Part shown: positions 53,401 to 64,000 of the stretch, piece by piece
Position numbering within the stretch: position 1 is the first letter of the stretch
Layout: every line of letters begins with the position of its first letter
Source: Octopus sinensis
Lineage: Eukaryota
Direction of reading: 5' to 3'
Length of the DNA: 64,000 nt
Assembly (NCBI RefSeq): GCF_006345805.1
Contig: NC_043006.1
Span: 76,756,001 to 76,820,000, forward strand
Made by a program: the position numbers and the translations under genes
The notes under the pieces: generated by a model
What the model was told of the DNA's origin: nothing
Database searches by the model: none
The model's input: the letters and a program-made list of their open reading frames with translations, nothing else

Positions 53401-54916
53401 TTTCCGGTATGGTATTACATGCGCTGCTACTTTCTCAGCAACATGTAAGCCATAGTTTTTCCTGAAATACACACGTGTGTGTGTATGTGTGTGTGTGTGT
53501 CTGTGTTCATTCGTGTGTGTTTGTGTGTGAGGGGGCTGTGTCTGTGTGTGTAAAATACCCAATATAGGTAATGAAAACGAAGCAAATTTTGACATCTAGG
53601 CATAAGACCTCAAATGCTGAAGAAGGGTAGGGTCGAAAAACGGTGACCTATGTACTAGAATGGTATTTATCGTATCAGTTTTCATATAATGAAAAGGAAG
53701 TCAACCTCGGTGGCATCTGAACTCACAAGGTCATAACAAAATACTACCTTGGGTTCCACTGAATATTGTTAAATATTCGCTCAATAATGTACCTATCTTA
53801 ACAATATGTTACTCTATGGGAGAGACTTAATCGATTTAATTAATTTAATTTCAGTATTTTATTGGCTGTTACTTTATTCAATCTGGACGAACAAAAGTTA
53901 AAGTTGATCCCATTGGTATCTGAACTTCTTCAGTCTTGAGGAATGATAGAAAAATCCATTAAAATATTTATCTAACATCAAGCCAAGATAAGCAGCAGTA
54001 ATCAGTATTTTGAGAATGCACCGAAGAACGTTTACAAGATCGCTCATTCTTTTCATGAACCTTCTTTTAATAATGATATTTCTTCACAAGTGGCACCGCC
54101 AACAAACTGGCATTAACAAAAGATCGAAAGGTCATCTACAAATATTTCAATTCTCTCCAGCAATATGCTTGTTTCTTCAGCATATCGCACATTATAACAT
54201 TTGACCTTTTTTTGTGAACAGGCATTTTCAGTTTTACTAAGCTGCAGCCAGTAATTTGAAGTGACATATCTACCACATCGATAATTCCCTAAGATAATAC
54301 GTTCTTCAAGTAAAGTGTGTAACAAAGATAACACATCTTCAAGGTAGTGAATCAGCAGATACTCTAGAATACAAGACGCATCAACGTGCCTTAGAGAATT
54401 TTGCTCTGTTTCTTTGCACCATAAGTTCAAATTGACCCATTATCGATTTTGTATTTCAGGAGTCTTCGCTCGATAAAAGAAGTAATATATTGGCGTCGAA
54501 ACATTGGAAAATTCTATACTAACTTCTGTATAATATAATAAAGTTTAAAATATATCAATAATGAAAACTGCCTTGGGAAAAGCGTTAGTAAAACGTGTAC
54601 AATGCCGTATTAGGTATCATATAATCTGCAGGTGGATAACAGTTTTATCGGTAAGGACTTAACAATGTATCTGCTTTGTTTGCAAAATTTATTTATTTAA
54701 CATATTGTTTTCCTAAAAACGCTGAAATATTTTTTTAAATACTGTTTGCTTGAAAAATAAGATATACTTATAGAGATGAAAAAAATATAAGCATATGCGT
54801 ATTTGTATTTAGCATTAAACTAATTTTTACCAGCACGACCAAGATAATTTCATTTATTTGGTCGATGGTCAAGGTAACAAAGAACTCTAAATGAGCACAC
54901 AGAGTGCCAGATCTTA

Positions 54917-55227
54917 GCTTTTGTTGTTTGTTCTTTCTCGAGCCACGCTTGGCTCACAAGGACCGGTTTCCCGATATCCTTGACGTATAGATTTCCCACC
55001 TGGACGGGACGCCGATCCGTTGCAGGTGAGCTGGAATATGCAGGAGGAAAGAGTGAGAGAAAGTTGTGGCGAAAGAGTCAGCAGAAGTTCGCCATTACCT
55101 CCTGCTGGAGCCGCGTGGAGCTTAGGTGTTTCGCTCATAAATACACACATCGCCCGGTCTGAGATTCGAACCCGCGATCCCTCGACCGCGAGTCCACTGC
55201 TCTAACCACTAGGCCATGTGCCTCCAC
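54917..55227 (-). mobile_element. SINE C, 3' variant 2
   Basis: tRNA-like head at 55227; TSD gccagatctta at 54906-54916 and 55228-55238. Confidence 0.92.
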
Positions 55228-55739
55228 GCCAGATCTTAATAAGGAATGAATATTGAGAGAGTGTTGACTCAACAACAATTGATCTGAACTAAATAAAAAT
55301 AACAGTAACAACAATAAAATACACCAGGGTGAACTTATCTTCCCTCCATCCAGGGTTGTTGATATGAATAACATGCATTAAAAAGGCGGCCATATTTCAA
55401 AGAATCAAATGAATGAAATAATTTCCCCTTGAAATTTATATGATGGAATAGACACGGCTGGAACGCTTATGAATATAGGCTTGATCGGCTAACATTGATT
55501 TAGGCTACACAACAACAGCATAAAAAAGCATCAACATCTAGCAGACTCTACTTTAACCTCCATCAATGAAGGATGGGTGAAATAAAGAACAAAAACATAC
55601 CGATGTCGTACTTTCATGGATGAAAATAAGATAATTTTCTTTTAAGAAGCACCTAAACTTATACGTACTCTCATGAAAATCGGAATATTCCATTAAGATT
55701 TCAGAAAGCTCTTTTAATATATAACTTTTTAGGATATAG

Positions 55740-56750
<1,011 letters not shown>

Positions 56751-56764
56751 TGACACAAACAAGT

Positions 56765-56978
56765 TAATTCTTCACTACCCACAGAGGGGACAAACCAAGA
56801 CAGACAAACGGATTAAGTCGATTATATCGACCCCAGTGCGTAACTGGTACTTATTTAATCGACCCCGAAAGGATGAAAGGCAAAGTCGACCTCGGCGGAA
56901 TTTGAACTCAGAACGTAGCGGCAGACGAAATACCGCTAAACGTTTCGCCCGGTGCGCTAACATTTCTGCCAGTTCGCT
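56765..56978 (-). mobile_element. SINE A, tail 1
   Basis: Full body on the minus strand. Confidence 0.88.
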
Positions 56979-57780
56979 TTTCCTCTTAGTCTGGTATAGT
57001 AGTAATCACTGTGTTTCGGTGACAGTGTGTGTATAAGGCCTTCGTCAGTCAGTGTTAATCATGCATCTGCACATACCTCGGTACCGCTTTTTTACTTCAT
57101 TTGGTGGGAGAATACCAATAGTTGTACATGCTCGGAGGTCCCCGTTCTTCTTACCTAACCACCGCTGTTTATCAAGAGGAAAAACATCAGTCTCTTTGCA
57201 TATGTTACCGTAAGAACGAAAAGAAATGTAACATATACTCCAAGGCATTATTCCCTCATTCCATCGCCATGGGTTAGTATTCATTTTATCGACCCCAAGA
57301 GGTTAAAAAACCAAAATTAATTTCAACAGGATCTGAACTCAGAGCTGGAACATACACTGCGGCACCAATCCACCAATGAATATTTCTAAGATCTAATAGA
57401 ACTCAAGTATGATCAGAATTGTCACTATACTTTGGCGATTAGATTCATTCATTTTTAATTAATTAAAATGTCGTTAAATCACTAAATTGAATTATGTGAC
57501 CATTTCTCCGAAATGAACTCTCTTGTTCATTGTTAGCTCCAACATTACGTTTTATTTAATTCTCCTATAAATCTCAAACCTTATTTGTGAAATCCTTTTA
57601 TTAGAAGGCTTCAGAAAGGTTTATTAGATTATAAACAACAACAAAACTCAACAGCAACAAAGGAAAAAGTGGAAAAAAAAAAGATTCTCCTTCTTGCCAG
57701 ATTATGTTCGCTAACATCAAAATGACAACCAATAACACTCGTATTAAACTGAAACAGAAAAGGGAAGTAACAGCAGCCGC

Positions 57781-58232
57781 AGTGGAGGCGCAATGGCCCA
57801 GTGGTTAGGGCAGCAGACTCGCGGTCAAATGAACGCGGTTTTGATTCCCAGATCGAGCATTGTGAGTGTTTATTGAGCAAAAACGCCTAAGCTCCACGAT
57901 GTTCCGGTGGGGGGGGGGTGAACCCCACAGTACTCTTTCACCACAACTTTCTCTCACTCTTTCTTCCTACATCTGCCACAAAGCAGAGAAACCATGGGGT
58001 AACCCACTATGGTGTGGTAAACTTTCAGACCCTCGTCTAGATTGCGAATCCTCTGTACGCCAGGATGGTTCAGCTCTCCACCCATTAAAAACCACCGTTT
58101 ACGGAATGAAGATAATAACTTAGCTTTCACGCTCGTGCAACCACCAGTCTATCGCGCGTAGTGGGTGGATCTTCAAGTTGCCACACGCATTCTTAGTAGC
58201 TTAGAGTAGGTTCGAATTAGAGATTATTCTTT
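57781..58232 (+). mobile_element. SINE C, 3' variant 3
   Basis: Same head and ctctttcaccacaactttctctcactct block, then a different GC-richer 3' segment; end approximate. Confidence 0.7.
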
Positions 58233-58264
58233 GTAGCTAATGACGAGAGTACTGATTGGAAGAA

Positions 58265-58321
<57 letters not shown>

Positions 58322-58343
58322 TATACATACATATATATATATA

Positions 58344-58379
<36 letters not shown>

Positions 58380-58601
58380 TGTGTGCATACCTATATGCAT
58401 AATTAAAGACATAGAGGGCGTTCAATACGTTTTGTGCAGTGTTCCCCAGGCTGGAAATTAGATACCATTTGCAAGTCAAAGCCATTTACGAGTATTTCAT
58501 CGTTGATTTTCTTCCTTCTCTGTTAGTTTTCAATGGTTAATTATTCTTTAGAATAATTAAACCATTGTCTTTAGATACCCTATTTCTGTTATATATTTAT
58601 A

Positions 58602-58993
58602 CTAGCAGTATCGCCCGGCGTTGCTCGGGTTTGTAACGGAAATAACTGTAAAGCATTTTTAGAGAGTGATAGCCAAAAAATAGCAAAAAATGCATTAAAA
58701 ATGGAAAAAAAATTATGGCAATTTTTTTTTAAAACGTTGACTCATCGTAGACATTTTTAGAGAGTTACTTCCCTTATATTTAAAAAATATGCATTAAAAT
58801 GGAAAAAAATTATGGTAAATTATTTTTAAAATCGTAGACTCATCGTAGACGCGCGCTAGTACACAGAAGGGCTTGATATGAATCACGACTATAAGATACC
58901 CGGTTTTGGTTAACCTGCACCGCAAAATGTGGGAGTAGTTAGGAATCTAAATCGGAGTAGACAGACACACAACCTTATTTTTATATATAAAGA
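58602..58993 (-). mobile_element. Non-autonomous Helitron with internal duplication
   Basis: A|TC...hairpin...CTAG|T target; duplicated tgcattaaaaatggaaaaaaaattatgg block. Confidence 0.9.
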
Positions 58994-60047
58994 TTTAGAT
59001 TGGTTCTAAATATAGAAAGCTTATTCTTTAAAAAAATCCCAGAGTAGGCGCAATGGGTTAACCTTATGGCTCTGTTTCTGTACCTGCATCTATAACTCTA
59101 ATAAATCTCCCACTGAGGACTATTTTTACACTTCATTCTTTAGGGATTAGAATATTTGTTAACAATTTTCTGGGGTCGATTTAATAAATTTCGCCACAAC
59201 ACTTTTTGAATAGTCCAGAGGTCTTGTTAAAGCATCTTTGGAAACACAATGTAATTTAAACTAATTATAATGATGGGAATACTGATGATTTGCATAAAGT
59301 AACTTAATTTCAAAGAGTAAATGATATTTACGTAGAATATGAATGAATGTTTATGGGTTCATTATTATTGTTGATTTGATAAGAGCGCCAGAGGAAAAGA
59401 GTCACGTTGTTTGACCTTTACCGGCACTTCACTAATTGAAACTCCCTGAAGCATCAGAAACAGCGGCCTGATTGAATATATATGAATTATGCATAGCATC
59501 TTCCCTTCTTGGTGCTGCAGAAGAATGCTCAGTATTTCTTAATGATTTCATCACTAAATACAACTCCGTAATATTAATAATTCAGGAAGAATGTAATAAA
59601 CAATTATAATTGCTTGGTGCTTGTAGTTAGTTAACAGAAATGAATGTCAAGACATTTCTGCATAGAAAATCAACTGCAAATCTCGCAGTATATTATTGTG
59701 GTGTCAAACAAATGAAACAGCAAATACCATTGAATATGTAGAAAACTTATGAGTATAATAAACAGATTGATCCAAACTAGAAACACTCATACTAACGTAT
59801 AAGATGATAGCTAATTAATCTATGAAGACGCCAGCTTGCATTTTCACAGCCACATACTTAATATTATTCCATAAACAATGTATATTCAGGACAGAATTCC
59901 CGCCGGAGTAAACCTTTCCTTGAACAAAATGTGGACACAAAGCGTAAGTGAATTCATAAGGCATGTATGTATTAAAATACAATGGGAAAAAGTTCTAATC
60001 GAGAGCGAAATGAATTATGAATCGTGGTTCAGTGACAAGATATCTAT

Positions 60048-60105
<58 letters not shown>

Positions 60106-60111
60106 CATATA

Positions 60112-60167
<56 letters not shown>

Positions 60168-60170
<3 letters not shown>

Positions 60171-61769
60171 TTGCGGCCAAAATGTTCAGAATGGCATTGT
60201 TTTCGCCAGAAAAGTAATTATAAGTTTTTATCAAAGTTGTTTTATATTCTATAATTTTCACGCACAATAAATACGATATGAATTGTTATTGTCTGAGATG
60301 TTGGTCTAATTTGAGAAGATAATACGAAAGTTATGGATGATTTAGTGATTTACTGCAAAACCCATGGCGGCCAAAATGATCAGAACGGTTGCTTTTACTC
60401 CGTGTTTTAGTATATTTAATTGGCGAACTCTAATGTTTTGAATTTGTTTACGTGATGGTTCGTTTACTAAACATTAGTAAGAATATCTGCAGTGTAATTT
60501 CTTAATATAATGCCACTTACTCCGTTACCGATTCATCAGCAGATTATTAAGCTTCGAAAGAAGGATAATATAAGTATTGGGTCTATTGCAAAGATTGTTA
60601 ACAAGTCAAAAAGTGTTGTTCACGGTATTCTTAAGGTCTTCGATGATTGTGGTTCATGTGAAGCAAGAAAGTCTACAGGTAGGCCAAGAAAAACGACCAA
60701 GAGAGAAGATCGTGCTATGGTCAAGTTGGTTAAAAAGGACAGATTTAAAACTGCTGCTGCTGTTTCTCGGGAAATGAGCATTGTACTGAAGAAAACGTTA
60801 TCTCGAAAACCTGTGTCTCATCGTTTAGTTGAACATAACCTACAAGCAAGAACACCTGCAGTGAAGCCACTGATCAGCTCCAAAAATAAAAATTTGCAAC
60901 CGAACATGTGTTGTGGTCTCAAGAAAAATGGCAGTGATGAATCTAAGTTTATGTTATTTGGCTCAGATGGGAAAAGATACGTTCGTTGAAAAGTAGGTGA
61001 AAAATTGTCGCCTAAATGCCTTAAGACTAGTCTTAAATTCGGTGGAGGAAGTGTCATGGTTTGGGGAATGATATCCGGAGATGGTGTGGGCTCTTTGGTG
61101 CGATTACATGGAAAGGTAAATGCAGGAGTTTATAAACAACTTGTAAAAGATCATGTCTTGCCTGTGCTGAGAAATTCAACTAAGCGACCACCCATATTCA
61201 TGCAGGACAATGCCCCATGTCACAAGGCTAAGGTGGTCATGAACTTTCTCAAGGTTGAAAAGGTTATTGTTATGGATTGGCCGGCTCAAAGCCCAGATCT
61301 CAATCCTATTGTAAATGTGTGGAATATTCTAGGAGAACGTTTGAAAGCCAGAAATCCTAAAACAACTGAGCAATTATGGAATGCCCTTCAGGAAGAATGG
61401 AATAAGATCACCTAGCAAGAAATTGAAAATTTAATTTCCTCATGCAGTCGAAGATGTCAAAGTGTGATTGAAGCTAAAGGGCTTCACACTAAATATTAAA
61501 TAATTCCAGTATTCTCTGTCATTTTTGATTATTTTGTTATTTTTTCAACCGTTCTGATCCTTTTGGCCGTCATGGGCTTTGCAGTAAATCACTAAATCAT
61601 CCCTAACTTTTGTATTATCCTCTCAAATTACACCAGAATATCGGACAATAACAATTCATATCGCAATTATTGTGTGTGAAAATTATAGAACATAAAACAA
61701 CTTTGATAAAAACTTATAATTACTTTTCTGACTAAAACAATGCCGTTCTGAATATTTTGGCCGCAACTG
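60168..61769 (+). pseudogene. Near full-length Tc1-like (DD34E) transposon, 1602 bp, about 225-bp IR/DR-type TIRs
   Basis: TA-CAGTT...AACTG-TA; GRPRKT, SDESKF, KFGGGSVMVWG, QDNAPCH, WPAQSPDLNPI(V)N; two stops (60987, 61413), compensating deletions near 60890-60935, catalytic E->V. Confidence 0.97.
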
Positions 61770-61784
61770 TAATAATATATTATA

Positions 61785-61823
<39 letters not shown>

Positions 61824-61954
61824 ATAATTATATGTATGTATGATGTATGTATGTATTGTATGTATGTATCCATGTATGTATGTATGTATGTATGTATGTA
61901 TGTATGTATATATGTATGTATGTATGTATGTGTATGTGGTTATATATGTTGCTG

Positions 61955-62822
61955 TGAATATATTGTTGTCTAAATTACGCAAAAAATGAAAATTACACTG
62001 ACATCTCATTTGAACAGATATGTTTACCGAATTTACATTAAAATATTTTGAAATACTAATGAGTAAATTTATTCAATAAAATCGCCATTAGCTTCAACCT
62101 CTAAACTACTTCTGACTCTCCTGCAAATCTTCTGGACAATCCCCTTGTTTAAATTTGTGAATGCTGCCATAATCCTTGCCTTCAATTAATCTTTGGTCTT
62201 ACAAGGACTTTTGAGGGTCTCTCGCTAAACTGCGCCCCACACATAATAATCAATGGGGTTGCAGTCAGGGGAGTTGGGCGGCCAGATGTTAAGGGTGATG
62301 TGGTCGCAGAAATTGCCTGACAGCCATGACTGGGTTGTCTTGTTTGTGTGGCAAGGTGCAGAGTCCTGTTGCAAAAATATAGGGTCTCCCAGTCGCCACC
62401 ATCTTGAACAGGAGCAGCACTACCTCCTCCCGGTACTTGATGTGGGTCTCCGTGTTAAGTGCGAGGCCGTGTGGGAAGATGAATGAAAGCATAACGTCGC
62501 CATCATTAGTGATCGCTCCAAACACCATAATGTTTATTGGATGTTTGATTTTTATCACTCTCGGTACATGTCCTCAGATTGCATAGTCCACAAATTGACA
62601 CCCAAACACTGAAATGTTCGTATTGGTGCTTCCGGCGCGAATGCCAAGCAGTGCAGTATGTTGTTTCCAAATTTCTGGCAGAGTGAAATGTATCATGGTG
62701 ACATTTTTTTCTCACAGACGGTGCCCGACTGACTCTTTGCAGTCAACAAAATCAAACAACAAACCATGCGCATGCACAAAATTAAAACTTTTTAATGGCA
62801 ACAATTTACCCATCGCTCTGTA
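61955..62822 (-). pseudogene. Internally deleted maT (DD37D) element, related to 28509-29460
   Basis: KHPINIMVFGAITNDG and WPPNSPDCNPIDYYVWGA; shared terminal aaattacgcaaaaa(a)tgaaaat. Confidence 0.88.
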
Positions 62823-63177
62823 TACACACACACACACACACCACACACACATATATATATGTATATATATGTATGTATTATGTATGTATGTATGTATATC
62901 TACCTATCTATCTATCTAAATGTCTATCTATCTAGCTATCTATCTAATTATCTATATATCTGTCTGTCTATCTATCTATCAATATATATATAGAGAGAGA
63001 GTAGGAGGAGAGAGAGAGAGCGTAGCGTCTTTTGGCTCCTATAATATGGCTGTTCTATTAAGAAGTATGTTACTACATTTTTACGCCAGGAAAACGTCTT
63101 TTCCAGCTGGTTAATGACACAACTTGTGCTCAGTATATTGTGAGTAAGGGAGCAAATCACATCCCTTCAACTTGGCA

Positions 63178-63209
<32 letters not shown>

Positions 63210-63289
63210 GATATATTATATATATATATATATGTATGTATGTATGTATGTGTGTATGTATGCATGTATGTATACTAACTGAGTATTCT

Positions 63290-64000
63290 GTCCTTACTGG
63301 GTAATTTCCACAATAGAAGAAGCGTTTTTTCGAATTTTTCGTTTCCCTACACCCTCGCAAATGATGGAGAGATGTTTTCTATTAAAAAAATTTTGAAAAT
63401 TTATGCATCTTCTCTCCCCAATTCCAGACGGATTTGGCCCAGTTGCTTTCTTTTATCTCATCCTACTACACACTTATAAATAATGGGAAGCATCATTTCA
63501 GTAAAAATAAAAGAAAATATTTTGAAAATTTACGAGCATTTTCAAAATACTGTCCCCGACTCAGAACAGATTTCGACCAATTATTGGGGGTTTTTTTTCG
63601 CTTCGTCCTTGAAACGTAATATGAGAAGCCTTGCGGATTTAGGAAAGAAAAAATTAGGGGAAATAGTGATCACTAATACAATCCACATCTCCTTTATTTT
63701 CAAACAGAAATTGAAACGTAACTTAAATACAATTACGAAATCTTTTTGAATTCTTTCATTAACCCAGCCTCTCTATAAATTCTAAATTTTTTTCACTTTT
63801 TTAATCATAGTTTTAAAACACAGACACTACGAATATGCAATTTGTTTATGTTTACAAATTGAAAATAATTTTCAGGCGACAAATCTGTGATTTAAGGGTG
63901 CATTAGCCGCGGATGTTCGGACCAGGACGCCCACATAAGTTCAATTTTTTTTCAGTTTTAACGGGTATTTTTCAAATATTTTTTTCAGCACAGCCTTTGA
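63290..64000. mobile_element. Possible non-autonomous DNA transposon sequence
   Basis: A/T-run-rich texture typical of MITE interiors; TTAA|GGG junction at about 63893; no paired TIR in the window. Confidence 0.25.

Overview
AT-rich eukaryotic DNA saturated with microsatellites ((AT)n, (TAGA)n, (AAT)n, (CA)n) and transposon remnants. The SINE and repeat landscape looks like an octopod cephalopod genome; this is inferred from recalled repeat families, not from a search. No host protein-coding gene, rRNA, true tRNA or CRISPR array can be supported, and most ORFs in the track are translated microsatellites. Recognisable content: CR1-like LINE fragments, two R4/Dong-like fragments embedded in (TAA)n, Tx1/L1-like 3' ends, Tc1 (DD34E, IR/DR), mariner and maT (DD37D) remnants, non-autonomous Helitrons, MITE-like palindromes, four tRNA-type SINE families (my labels A-D), and short Penelope-like repeats (my labels P1-P4) with hammerhead-ribozyme-like motifs. 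The most unusual structures are: (i) repeated fold-back inversions in the Penelope-like repeats, including four hairpins plus a hammerhead-like motif within 2.2 kb at 10.4-12.5 kb; (ii) hammerhead-like folds with family-specific complementary stem I; (iii) a 196-bp inverted local copy inside a repeat; (iv) SINE multimers with mixed tails that suggest self-targeted insertion; (v) SINE tails matching LINE-like 3' ends present in the same window. Boundaries of degenerate repeats are approximate (about +/-20 bp) unless a TSD or TIR is quoted.
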